DNA from: Ylistrum balloti
Taxonomy: Eukaryota
Assembly: GCF_031769215.1 (NCBI RefSeq)
Contig: NW_026782259.1
Coordinates: forward strand, 434,001 to 498,000
Direction: 5' to 3'
DNA: 64,000 bases
Part shown: piece by piece, positions 1-13,600 of the stretch
Numbering within the stretch: the stretch's first letter is position 1
How the letters are laid out: each line of letters starts with the position of its first letter
Notes under the pieces: model-generated
Seen by the model: only the letters and a program-made list of their open reading frames with translations
What the model was told of the DNA's origin: nothing
Databases searched by the model: none
Translations under genes and position numbers: made by a program

Positions 1-339
1 TCATATATAAAGGGGAAAAGCAAATTAAAATAAATTTCAATTCCTTACAATTTTGTTTATTATTTCTTGGAAATTCTTTTGTTACTTCGTCTCTTTGTTC
101 AGCAAAAATGGTCACTACTACTGTGTCCTGATCACATGCTGATCTGTATTTGCCAACAATTCACACTTCCAAAACCATAGAAGCAGACACTTTGACGAGT
201 ATGGTGCTTTTTGTGAAATATTGACACCCAACTTGGATGCAGGGCAATATAATATATATGAAAAGAAGGTGTCCAGTCAGGACAAGGCATGGATATCACC
301 ACTTTTGATTTTATCTTTATTTTTTGTGATAAGTTACAA

Positions 340-573
340 AAAAAAAATGACACCTTGAAAGGTGATATTTATAGAGAAAAGAGAATCCATTGTTCATTTT
401 ATGACGTTTGAAAAAATATTCAATTCTTTTTACATCCCAGCAATCCACAGGCTAAATATTATGACATTTGGTCGGCTGGTTATTGAGAAGTTGTTTAAAT
501 GGAAAAGGTGACGCCTGACGGACACTGCGCTACGGCATAAGCTCACTTGGTCCATCAGGTCAGGTGAGCTAAT
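340..573 (-). mobile_element. Truncated HINE/Pearl-like non-autonomous element (5' end)
   Basis: The reverse complement begins TTAGCTCACCTGACCTGATGGACCAAGTGAGCTTATGCC...GTCCGTC: subterminal inverted repeat plus hairpin and a GTCC-type microsatellite start. Same architecture as the elements at 7843 and 35504. Confidence 0.6.
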
Positions 574-721
574 CATGGTATATAAAGGAAAGAAATATAG
601 CCAAATTGAAGAAATTGAAAGTGAAAAATTGACACAATCATGTCTTGAGGTGAAATTTTGTACTATTCATATCTTCACTTTGAGTGTGATTTCCTTACTG
701 AATATACAATGTTATAGCACA

Positions 722-1795
722 TGGCTGAGATATAGAGATACCTTACTGAATGTAATAACCCTTGACTGAGATATAGAGATTCCTTACTGAATGTAATAAC
801 CCTTGACTGAGATATAGAGATTCCTTACTGAATGTAATAACCCTTGACTGAGATATAGAGATTCCTTACTGAATGTAATAACCCTTGACTGAGATATAGA
901 GATTCCTTACTGAATGTAATAACCCTTGACTGAGGTATAGAGATTCCTTACTGAATGTAATAACCCTTGACTGAGATATAGATATTCTTATTGAATGTAA
1001 TAACCCTTGACTGAGGTATAGAGATTCTTACTGAATGTAATAACCCTTGACTGAGGTATAGAGATTCCTTACTGAATGTAATAACCCTTGACTGAGATAT
1101 AGAGATTCCTTACTGAATGTAATAACCCTTGACTGAGATATAGAGATTCCTTACTGAATGTAATAACCCTTGACTGAGATATAGAGATTCCTTACTGAAT
1201 GTAATAACCCTTGACTGAGGTATAGAGATTCCTTACTGAATGTAATAACCCTTGACTGAGGTATAGAGATTCCTTACTGAATGTAATAACCCTTGACTGA
1301 GATATAGAGATTCCTTACTGAATGTAATAACCCTTGACTGAGATATAGAGATTCCTTACTGAATGTAATAACCCTTGACTGAGATATAAAGATTCCTTAC
1401 TGAATGTAATAACCCTTGACTGAGATATAGAGATTCCTTACTGAATATAATAACCCTTGACTGAGGTATAGAGATTCCTTACTGAATGTAATAACCCTTG
1501 ACTGAGATATAGAGATTCTTACTGAATGTAATAACCCTTGACTGAGGTATAGAGATTCCTTACTGAATATAATAACCCTTGACTGAGGTATAGAGATTCC
1601 TTACTGAATGTAATAACCCTTGACTGAGATATAGATATTCTTATTGAATGTAATAACCCTTGACTGAGATATAGAGATTCCTTACTGAATATAATAACCC
1701 TTGACTGAGGTATAGAGATTCCTTACTGAATGTAATAACCCTTGACTGAGATATAGATATTCTTATTGAATGTAATAACCCTTGACTGAGGTATA
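722..1795. repeat. Minisatellite, 41-bp unit, about 26 copies
   Basis: Unit GAGATTCCTTACTGAATGTAATAACCCTTGACTGAGATATA, period read directly (776->817). Confidence 0.95.
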
Positions 1796-2209
1796 TCATC
1801 AGTCTGGAACCTTACTGACATCTGCTTCAATAATTAAAACAAAAATTAAGTTATTAAGATCTTGTTTTATTAAATTGAACATTCATACAACTAACATTCC
1901 ATGTAAAACAGCTTAAATTTAAAGACAAATATGATTTTATAAATGTGATCATGTATGGACAAAGTGAATCCACAGTTTCCTAAAGTCACGGAAGAAATGA
2001 GCTGGAAACACCCACTCTGATTTGGACATGAAATAATTATTTTCAAACTTAAATAATGAGCTAACAACATCTTAATAAAAATACAAATGACACTATCTTC
2101 ATTACAAAGACAAAAATGGACAAGATCTCTTATGAAAACGAGGGCGACTGACAATACATCTATTACAGAGACATGAACTAACAATATATCTCTGTGCGTA
2201 GAATACCAG

Positions 2210-2440
2210 ACTTACCAACCTCAGGGGCAGATATAATATTTGTGGTCTGATCCTTACCCAGGGTGGGTTATCTTTTCCTGGATTGTCCTGTGATGTTGTG
2301 ATTGTAACCTTGGGTAGGATACATTATATACAATTGATTCTTTTTAGGAACAATGGGCCTTCCTATGGATATTCCCTAAGGTAACCAACAAGAGACCTTT
2401 CCTCAACATGGCCCTGGCTGTTGATGGGGTGAGAAACAAA
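2210..2440 (+). mobile_element. Degenerate SINE relic (CORE-like domain and mollusc SINE/LINE-type 3' tail)
   Basis: GTAACCTTGGGTAGGATACATT resembles the CORE consensus GTGACCTTGGGCAAGTCACTT. The tail CTCAACATGGCCCTGGCTGTTGATGGG resembles mollusc SINE tails (from memory). Confidence 0.4.
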
Positions 2441-2442
2441 TG

Positions 2443-3095
2443 AGATATCTATCAGAAAGATATATTGACAACATCTCCGTCACAAAGACATATTGACAAC
2501 ATCTTTATCAGAAAGATATATTGACAACATCTCCGTCACAAAGACATATTGACAACATCTTTATCAGAAAGATATATTGACAACATCTTTATCAGAAAGA
2601 TATATTGACAACATCTTTATCAGAAAGATATATTGACAACATCTTTATCAGAAAGACATATTGACAACATCTTTATCAGAAAGACATATTGACAACATCT
2701 CTATCAGAAAGATATACTGACAACATCTTTATCAGAAAGACATATTGACAACATCTCTATCAGAAAGATATATTGACAACATCTTTATCAGAAAGACATA
2801 TTGACAACATCTCTATCAGAAAGACATATTGACAACATCTTTATCAGAAAGACATATTGACAACATCTCTATCAGAAAGACATATTGACAACATCTCTAT
2901 CAGAAAGACATATTGACAACATCTCCGTCACAAAGACATATTGACAACATCTCTATCAGAAAGACATCTTGACAACATCTCCGTCACAAAGACATATTGA
3001 CAACATCTCTATCAGAAAGACATCTTGACAACATCTCTATCAGAAAGACATCTTGACAACATCTCTATCAGAAAGACATCTTGACAACATCTCTT
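2443..3095. repeat. Minisatellite, 28-bp unit, about 23 copies
   Basis: Unit TATTGACAACATCTTTATCAGAAAGATA with the variant ...CTCCGTCACAAAGACA. Confidence 0.95.
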
Positions 3096-3989
3096 ATCAA
3101 AATTGATAGGATTTAACATTATTGCCAATAGAAAGCTATCAACAGCCAAATTACAAGTCCAATTAAAAAATTCTCAATATTAACAACAATTAAAGTATTT
3201 CTCTTAAGACATTTAAAGAACAATGCCTTGAAAATAAATATTAATATTCCTACATTTTAAAGCATCTACCGATAAAAGTTGATCAACTGATAAACAAAAA
3301 GATTTATCTCAAATACATTTATTCACCTTCCCAACAAATGTCATCACCAAATGTTTCTGTAAAATTACAATTATTGTTGTTTAAAATTTGCAATTATTTA
3401 CCAAAAGCTTATAGCAAAATAGATGTATTTTTAAAAGAAGTCATAAAATGGACTGCAATTTGTTTTCTTTTTTCCCTGTGTACATTTTTTTTTTTTTTTT
3501 TTTGGGGGGGGGGGTTGCACAATTCTATTCCAACCATGAAAAGAGTGACAAACAGAACAAACAGAATCCCTCAAAATCAACTAGTTTAACAGTTACTCAA
3601 TCATCCAAGTCCACTGTAAAGTGTTCTTTGTTTTTAAGTATTCCGCTATTATTAGAATATTAGTAGAAGTTTTAAGCAACAAATCACAGCATCCAGCACA
3701 CAGATGTAGTTAAATCCATGATTTATAAACCAGGTACAGTTTTCAGTGTAATGGAGGCTATCTTCGGAGTACAGATAGTTGATATTTACAATCAAGAAAG
3801 TGTTTTACTAATATTACATGTAGGTTTGATAGACATATTTCTTAGATTTATACAAAAATCACGTTTCAACAAATTGTTAAATAAATAACACCATATTCTA
3901 TCTGACGTCTCACACATTAATCATGAAGGATTTCAGTCTCATTATCAATAACAATGCCATTATTGGCATACAGAAATATCAGGTTACAC

Positions 3990-4290
3990 AACACACTCCA
4001 GTTTAAAGTCTTAAAGTGTTAACATCACTTCAGCAACACACTCCAGTTTAAAGTCTTAAAGTGTTAACATCATTTCAGCAACATACCCCAACTTAAGGTC
4101 TTAAAGTGTTAACATCATTTCAGCAACACACTCCAGTTTAAGGTCTTAAAGTGTTCACATCATTTCAGCAACACACCTCAGCTTAAGGTCTTAAAGTGTT
4201 CACATCATTTCAGCAACACACCTCAGCTTAAGATCTTGATGTGTTGACATCAGTTCAGCAACACACTTCTAGTTAAGGTCTTAATGGATT
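3990..4290. repeat. Minisatellite, 45-bp unit, about 6.5 copies (probable JARID2 3' UTR)
   Basis: Unit CAACACACTCCAGTTTAAAGTCTTAAAGTGTTAACATCACTTCAG, degenerating toward 4290. Confidence 0.85.
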
Positions 4291-4516
4291 AGCATTGGTT
4301 CATTAACAAAATTCAAGAGAAAAAAAAGTAAAATAGGAAACAGTTTTTGGTATCAATGCGGTAACTTAACTTTTTAACACTATTAAACCTCTTTAGTTGT
4401 GATGAGTTTTAACTTTGCATCCAGACTGGATGTTTCACTGTACACAAGGTCGATGATAACAATGCTGAACTAATCATAACAAACAAAAATTATTTTTTTC
4501 TGTCATTCTGTTTGTA

Positions 4517-4651
4517 TCAGCTCTTGTGCTCCACTTTGCGGGGCTGTTTCCTGCGTGGTGAGCTTCCCTCTGCAGATTCGTTCAAGCCAGTACTGATGTG
4601 TTGAGTATTGAGTCGTTCCTTCACATCTCTTAATAGTTTCTTAAGTTCCTC
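4517..4651 (-). CDS. JARID2: JARID2 last coding exon (EELKKLL...VEHKS*)
   Basis: ttttgtag acceptor, phase 0, TGA at 4519-4517. Confidence 0.88.
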   Translation of the reverse strand, partial: EELKKLLRDVKERLNTQHISTGLNESAEGSSPRRKQPRKVEHKS

Positions 4652-7600
4652 CTACAAAACAGGCACAGAACTGAACTAAAGCATAACAGCATTTACAAGT
4701 GTCATAATTTGCATTCAGTTAAACTGTGTGTTGGACCTTTCCCCTAACCTGTTTCTTACCAATGAACAGCCATTACTGCAAACAACAAGTAAAAACTCTT
4801 GTTAACACTAAAAGTTAAGTATTAGTTTGTACAAGATTAGAGTTTTTGGATAACATAGAAATAACTTTGTATGAGAACTGTGATAAAGTTGTGAGTTTGC
4901 GTAGCTCCTAGTGAGTGCCAACAATGATAACAAGCACAAAGGAGAACTATGTTATGAAGACGATACTTACCTCTGTATGTCGGTACATCAGTTTACACGA
5001 CCTTATGTTGCGTTTTTTCTGCACATGAGATAATCCATGTTCTAATGAGAAAGCCAGGTCATCAACTTCATTCAAAACCTAACAAAAATAAAGGTAAGAT
5101 TATATAGGACAGAGAATCTGTTCCTCTGACAAATGTCTATCTAATATTGTTATGTTACCTTTGTAAGAAAAAAAGCTTGAAAAATGTTCAAAACAAATAT
5201 CAGCAAACATTTTTGTTCTAATTCACACAGAGCTCTGTTAAGTGATATTCACCAATGACAGGTAGCAGATCTTCTTTGACACGTCACATGTTGTTATGAT
5301 TTCCTCCACCTGACATGCCCCCCTTGAAGAGGCGTGCGGTAGATTTCCGCTGGTACACATACGCTTGGATGACTTAAGTCCTGCATCAAACAACTGCTGT
5401 CGGTTATTAAGCTCTCGATCACTGTGAAAATAATACAATAACATTTTAGTTTTACATGGTGTTCATTTGTATAAGATGCATATACCTTCGTCATCATCTG
5501 TACCTACTCCCATCCGTCAACTGTGTCAGCTTTCTAACTATGTAAAAATACAACAGGTGATTCCCCTGATAGGGTACCTGTACTTTATCTATTATGTAGC
5601 AGAAAGCCTGCAAACAATGTAATTTAGTGGGCTATCTGCAAACTTTAATTGATAAAACAACCATTTTGGCTTGTGCACAACACAGTTCAACAATGATTTC
5701 TGCATTAAACTTATCTTAAATGTGAAATTCCAGATCTTCATTTGTCTGATTTCATTCTCAGAAGATTATTAAGTATGTTTTGGCATCTCAGAAATAGACA
5801 GCGAAGTCAAGAAAGCAAACCGACTTACATGACTTTCTGTAACCATGGTAACATTGATGCCAGGACACCAACAGGAGTTGTCGGATCTTCTGCTATCCTT
5901 GTCAACAACTCGTCCATGGAAAACATTTCAGTTTCAAAACTATCATTCAATGCCTGTAAAATATGTAACAATATTGAACAGCCATTATTACTTTCTATTA
6001 GTTAACATAAAGTAAATTTATCAAGAACATGAAAGCTTCAAGTTCTCAGATGAAAGAAAAAATACCACTAATCCATGCACTGCCATTTATTATAGTGAAA
6101 ACTACTTAGTATCATGTTCCATTTGTAAGGAAAAAATGTGGTAATAACAGGAATGTGACATTAATGACTGACATAACTTTTCGGACATCTAAACTTGGAA
6201 AAAAACTTTCTAACTTGTTTCTTACAGAAATTGTTCACAAACAAAATTTGCAATTTGTTTTACAGCATACAAACAACCAATACTGTAACTTTTGATTATC
6301 CACTATCAACAATATCTATACAGACTTGTTATTCTGTTATGGTTGACATAAGGTAAACAACATTTACAAGCACACATAATTCCTATTTAAAACACATCAG
6401 ATTTATTGATGTACCTTTGTGGCTCTATGCCCAGCCTCTAACCAACTTGGTGTTGCATAGTGGACGGACTCAGCCAGGGAATAGCCACAGCTGATTGTTG
6501 ATGTGTAACAGCGTGGGAACACTATGACAAACTGACCAGGTCTCTGGATACACCTACTGACCGCTACACCATTAGCTGTGAGATCATCTGGATCCACCTA
6601 AATAAGATGTCTCATATTCAGAAATACTAACAATCTGTTTTATTTAATGTACCTGAACCTCAAAACATATGTATCCTGTTTTGGTTTTAAATAATTATTA
6701 AAATATTGAAGATTAAAATTCTATCAATTTGTTAAGATATTAATCAGTGGTTTGGGGGTAAAAACTTTGACAGATTCAATATCATCAAATCTGGTCAGGT
6801 AGGACAGGTTTGAAATAATACACATATCACAAGAGTCTTGAATTAATGACAGTTTAGTACTGTTAATATGGGCAAAAGAAATCAATCCAGTTTTTTTAAC
6901 GAATTTTTTCATGATTTGATAATCTTTAAATCTCTGTGATTTTATTTTTTGTTGATTTCTTGGGTACTCTTAATCAACGAATCTATATGTATGTGAAATG
7001 ATAAACAGTAAACAAACAAAATCTTATTTTAACACAAGTGAATTTAGAAGAACTACATATCTCCAAAATATTTTAGAAAAGCAATGATACCTATTTTCAT
7101 CGAAAATCGAAACATTTCAGACCCACAAAAATACATGATTTACAGTATAGTGAGGGAAGTTTAGTTTTAAATATTAACCTAAATCAAAATGCTCTTCATG
7201 TGAGGATGCCAGGTATTTCTAATGATCTTACCATGACTGTGTCCTCCCGCAGCCAGTGAGGGTCATCATTCACCAATGTAGGTACAAGACTTCTCATAGC
7301 AGATTTAAAGGTCTCTTCTATCTGTCCAGGCACAGCATACCTGGCAAGACAAAACATATCAATAAAACATTATACAAACATTAGAATCCCAAAGTGAAGA
7401 ACTTTACAAAAATATTAAATTTAAAAGGTGTGAAAGAAAAGCACTTCATGTGTCAGTGCTTCACTCTGTTCATTTGTCTGATGACAGTGAAGTCATAGAA
7501 ATGTCTCCGTCTTCTACTGGTTGTGTGATAAGAATGTCTATTCTAGTATAGGAGATGTGACCAAACTGTGTGTATACATATAGTTGTCTGTGAATGTCAG

Positions 7601-10600
7601 TATAAGGTAGTTTACTCACCAGATCGTGTCTGCCTCTGTGTGTAGATACTGGACATAAGGCAGTCTATGAATGTCAGTTGACCAGCAGGAGGTAGTGAAG
7701 GCCATCCCCATGTGAAGTGTAGGTACAGTCACTCCTAGTAACATATGACAGTGGCTACTATTACATTGCAGCTTTAATCATACTAACAAAACAGTTTGTT
7801 TCGTTGAGATAGTTTTCCAGTTTTTATTCCTTAAAACTTCTTAAACAAGAGATCCCAAACGGATCTTGGTGCCCACCATTGTTTGATCTTTATTTGCTCT
7901 TTGAACGCTTGATTTTTTCCCTTTTTTTCTTATTTCTTCACTGTTTTTGCTCTTAATGATAAGAAATTTGAACATTCATTTGCAGAAGTAGCAATGATAA
8001 TATTTTCCTGCTAAATCCAAAATGGTCGCCTGGAAGACATTTTGTTTTTTTCCTGATCAGTCAAGAAATCAAATTGGCATAAGTAGAGACCAAAGGGAAC
8101 ATACGTATGAAATTTGAGAGAGATCCATTTAGTACTTCTTAAGAAAAAGAGATTGAGGAGAAATCTAAGATGGCTGTCTGTCAGCCATTTCGTTTTTCTG
8201 ATCAGACCTAAAATCAAATGGACACAACTGAGACCAAGGGGAACTTACATATGAAATCTGAGAGAGATCCATCAAGTACTTTTCAAGAAATAGCGATATC
8301 AAACTTCACTGAAAAAATCAAAGACGGTCATTTCTCAGCCATTTTGTTTCTCTGATCTGTTCAAAAATCTTACAGGTACAACTAAAAGCCAGGGGGAACC
8401 TATATGTGAAATTTGAGAAAGATCCATCCAGTACACCTCAAGAAATAACAATAACAAACATTGTTTGCAGACAGAGGGATAACAGACCACGGATGTAGGG
8501 CAATTTGAACAGCCTACCATCTGATGATGGTGAGCTTAAAATAATGGATTTTCCTATTATTAGGTAATACAAATTACAAAACAATTACATTTATATGTAT
8601 TCATACAAAATAACTAGAGCACAGAATGTGTACAGACACCTACCAGACACATGTCCAAGATAACGCAGCAGAGAGCCAGGACTGTGGGGGAGGTTGTTGA
8701 GATTCCATGGATGGCTGAATTGAGAACAGAATCATTCTTAAATTTTCATTCTAGTCAATTATTGCTTGATTCTTCTAACTGTATTCCTCCCATGTTGCAG
8801 GATAAGTCACCCTATAATTGTACTTACACCCTCTTACCCAGTAGTAGTGATCCCCATCCCATCCCTTGTAAATATCCCCCCTTCTTTTTTACCTGTATTT
8901 TAATTCCATATCTATACCTCTAATAGTGGCCCCAACTCCTACATGTAGAAGTCACATATTCCTCTCCACCTTTAGTTAACTCTGCAACTTTTATCCATAT
9001 TAATAGTGACACCACACCATTAATCTGTTCTTATAATCCCAGCCCCTTCATCTGTACTAGTAACCCCACCCGTTTAAGTGTGCTAGTGTCTTTGAACCCT
9101 TTACCTGTACTAGTGGCTCCACCCATTCACCTGTGCTATTGACCATGCAAACTCCCTCAGCTATACCAGTGACTCCATCCCCTTTACCCATACTAATAAC
9201 CCTTCCCCTTTACTTGAAGTGACCCTACCTCTTAATCTGTACAAGTGACCATATCCCCTTTACCTGTACTGTAGACCCTACCCCCTTAACTTGTACAAGT
9301 GACTATATCCCCTTTACCTGTACTGTAGACCCTACCCCCTTAACTTGTACAAGTGACTATATCCCCTTTACCTGTACTGTAGACCCTACCCCCTTAACTT
9401 GTACAGGTGACCTTTCCCCTTTACTGGTACCAATGACCCCACCTCTTAACATTTACAAGTGGTCCCATCACCTTTACCTGTACCAGAGACCCCATTACCT
9501 TTACCTGTACTAGTGGCTCCACCCATTCACCTGTGCTATTGACCATGCAAACTCCCTCAGCTATACCAGTGACTCCATCCCCTTTACCCATACTAATAAC
9601 CCTTCCCCTTTACTTGAAGTGACCCTACCTCTTAATCTGTACAAGTGACCATATCCCCTTTACCTGTACTGTAGACCCTACCCCCTTAACTTGTACAAGT
9701 GACTATATCCCCTTTACCTGTACTGTAGACCCTACCCCCTTAACTTGTACAAGTGACTATATCCCCTTTACCTGTACTGTAGACCCTACCCCCTTAACTT
9801 GTACAAGTGACTATATCCCCTTTACCTGTACTGTAGACCCTACCCCCTTAACTTGTACAGGTGACCTTTCCCCTTTACTGGTACCAATGACCCCACCTCT
9901 TAACATTTACAAGTGGTCCCATCACCTTTACCTGTACCAGAGACCCCATTACCTTTACCTGTACTAGAGACCCATCACCTTTACCATTACAAGAGACCCA
10001 TCACCTTTACCATTACAAGAGACCCCACGCCCTTTACCATTACAAGAGACCCATCACCTTTACCATTACAAGAGACCCTTCACCTTTACCATTACAAGAG
10101 ACCCATCACCTTTACCATTACAAGAGACCCATCACCTTTACCATTACAAGAGACCCCACCCCCTTTACCATTTCAAGAGACCCACCCCCTTTACCATTAC
10201 AAGAGACCCATCACCTTTACCATTACAAGAGACCCCACCCCCTTTACCATTACAAGAGACCCCACCCCCTTTACCATTACAAGAGACCCACCCCCTTACC
10301 AGTACTTTTGATACTGACCCTTTAACCTGTAGGAGGTACCTTACCTGCAGTGGTGATTATCCTTTTTGGAAGAGAATGTGTTACAGCTGTGAGCCTGAGT
10401 ATCTATATGACCACCATGTACAACAACATGGGATTTCCTGCCTTTCACTATATTCCAGTACTCTTTCTGAAATTCAATATAAGACTATCATTGACTGTAG
10501 CTGATGATGAACAAGAAAGTTCAAATTGCAAGTCCCATCACAAAATGGTAAAAAAATTAACACTATATATAAAAAATCCTTAACAGCATGTTTGTACTGC

Positions 10601-13600
10601 AACAAAGCCAAAAGTTAATGTTCTGTAAATTTTCAAAGTCATTTTTTAAAAACTTTAAATCATTACGTGTTTCATGAACATTTCCATCTGTGGGAGTAGT
10701 ATATCACAGTGTATGCACAAGCAAATGTAGTCTATGAAGTTGTTCTCCATCAACTCTGATATCTTCCTGGTAGAGATTAAAACAAATGCCAGCAAAGATT
10801 TTGGACAGTAGAACAGAAATGTCCTATGGTTGATAAATTTTAATATTCTCCTGCATTGACCTTGAACACAAACCTCTACATTGTCAGTGGAGTTGGAAGA
10901 AGAGTCTCGCAGCCATGCCCCACCGATGTTCCGTGCAGCTCTGTTGAACATTACCAAGGACATGTTTTTTCCCTGTAGAGGAAGGAGGGCATCATTGTGA
11001 CATCAGCAGAGAGAAACTGAACAATTTACATACAATTACGTTTGCTTACACTGCCTCATGTTTAACACACATGTTTGAGATCTAGACCAATGTCAGTAAT
11101 ACACAAAGTGTAAAGTATATTGTTTCGGAGTAAAAACAGTTTTTGGAAGATAAAAACATTTTCCTGACTACTTCAGTCCTTGTCTAGATAAAGCTACTCT
11201 TACTGAGACTTCTTTGGATTTGGTTAAGAAATTAAAAAAAAACAACATCCAGTTCTTCTCCAGAAATTGCAATAATAAATCGTTACTATCAAAATCCAAG
11301 AGGGCCATCGATCAGACATATTACTTTTCAGGTCAGTCCCAAAATCAGCCAATGCACAACTAGCAACCAAGAGGAACCTGCATATGGGGATGATTGAAGG
11401 CTAAAAACATATCAAATGAGAAGAGTTGTAGTGGCCTTGACCCCGATTCAGTTACCTTCATCACACACTCCTCTTCCGTCTTATCTTTTCTAGTTTTCCT
11501 CATTTCTGTTACCTCCTCCTCAAGTTTACGCTTCTTGTCTGCAGACAACATATCATAAGAGACAAGGAACTTACAGTAAGCATCGTAAAGTTTAGTTCCC
11601 CTATCTTGTGCCTGTAACAATATAAACATTAGAGATGTGTTAAATCAGGAGTTTACAGTAATGATCGTAAATCTCCTATCCTTTTTCTATAAGAAGAAAA
11701 CATTGATTCATGCTATATCAGGAATTTATAGTAAGCTTCTAAAGTTAAATTCCCCCAACCTGTGCCTATAAGAATGAAACAATGCTTCATGAATTTATAG
11801 TAAGCTTCAAAAGTTAAATTCCCCAAATCTGTGCCTATAAGAATGAAACAATGCTTTATGAATTTATAGTAAGCTTCAAAAGTTAAATTCCCCAAACCTG
11901 TGCCTATAAGAATGAAACAATGCTTCATGAATTTATAGTAAGCTTCAAAAGTTAAATTCCCCAAACCTGTGCCTATAAGAATGAAACAATGCTTCATGAA
12001 TTTATAGTAAGCTTCAAAAGTTAAATTCCCCAAACCTGTGCCTATAAGAATGAAACAATGCTTCAGGAACTTACAGTAAGCTTTAAAAGTTTAATTCCCC
12101 TATCTTTCGCCTACAGCATTCACACATCTAAAGCACACCAGGAATAGATGATTGAGTCACCGGACTAAGTAATTTTATGTCATACATAAGTAGTCTGACA
12201 TGCAGTATTACAATCCAGACAGCTTAATCAAATGTATTAAAGATGTCGACCTATGAAACAGAAATGAACCATTGGTTTTTGAGAGAACTTATAGTCTCTT
12301 ACTGATTTAGGAATTCCTATGATGTCTGCAACTTTCAATAATTTCTTCTTTTCAATAACACTCTGCATGCCTCCCAAGTGTTGAATAACAGCTGAAAATT
12401 TACAGATGTCCACCTCTACACCTCCAATCTGAACAGAGCAAACATAGCATACAATGAAATTTTCCCGTCCATGAAAACCATAACTATTGAGGGAGATTTC
12501 TTTTGAAACAATTGCAATTTCTCAAAGTCAACATTTTCACTTTCTTTTTTCCATCATTTTTCATCATAATAACAGTTAAATTGCTGAAAACTGTACTTGT
12601 TTGAACATTTTTTCACAAATTTCATGTTAATGCCGTTATCATTTTAATACACATTGCAGTACTATCAGAGATTGTTACATGGATTTTTTGTCCTTAAGGG
12701 GTTCCATACTTTCACTTTATTTGATAATGCCATGTATAATTGACACTAGATAATTTATTCTCCATAGTTTCACATGGTGATTTGTTGATTGAAGGCTTGG
12801 TAATGTTTCTTTAATTGAATGACTTACGACTGGAAATGGCTCTGACACACCATGAGAGTCAAGATGCTTCTGTATAGCTTTAAGTTGACACACATTGGGT
12901 CCAAACCTGTAGACAGACAACAAATCCACTTGTCTTCAGTTCTATATTTTTTAAACATAGCAGGCTTATTCTGATTAAGTGCCTTTTATAACAAAAGAAG
13001 TGCCTTGAATGCTGAATTGGGTTCATTAAGAACTTCGATCAGGGTATGACTTTTCTGTTTATTGATACTGTGAATGAAATCTTAAATCGAAAGACTGAGA
13101 TTTCCTTGCTAGACAAGCTTGGCTGAGCTCCCTTCCTTAGGTAAAATATGTAACTTGTCACAGCCAATCAGTTGACAGTAAGGGGTGACAGATAGTTATT
13201 TCTATATGTGTCTTTCTCCCAATATCCTATACATACACATCATACAAGTGGTTGATGGAGAGAGGTGTTTATATACATACCTATCATACAACTTGTGAAT
13301 ATACTGCTTTTGTGTGGTGAACCGCAATTCTTCACTGATCTTACTATCGGACTGAAAAAGATGAAATTTTTTATTAAGCACAAGACTGCATAACTACATA
13401 CCAGTAAAACATTAGAATTGTTTTCAAATAATGTTTCACTATTTAATAAACTAAGACACTGTGAAACGCTGTAGACCGGACACACACAAACACTGTAGAT
13501 CAGACACACGAAAACACTGTAAATCAGACACACGCAAACACTGTAGACCTGACACACACAAACACTGTAGATCAGACACACACAAACACTGTAGATCAGA

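Noticed and set aside
2200-2330. Minus-strand donor-like sites suggesting a fourth gene at the left end
   Set aside because: They fall in a degenerate SINE relic, and no phase-consistent coding exons were found in 1-3300.
3483-3514. T-run followed by G-run
   Set aside because: A simple homopolymer, error-prone in sequencing; no evidence of a retrocopy tail or TSD.
9913-10311. 132-aa Pro/Thr-rich ORF
   Set aside because: Antisense translation of the 26-27-bp array.
11713-12033. 106-aa ORF GTGLGNLTFEAYYKF repeats
   Set aside because: A frameshifted reading of duplicated exon/acceptor sequence; the exon-equivalent frame has a stop.
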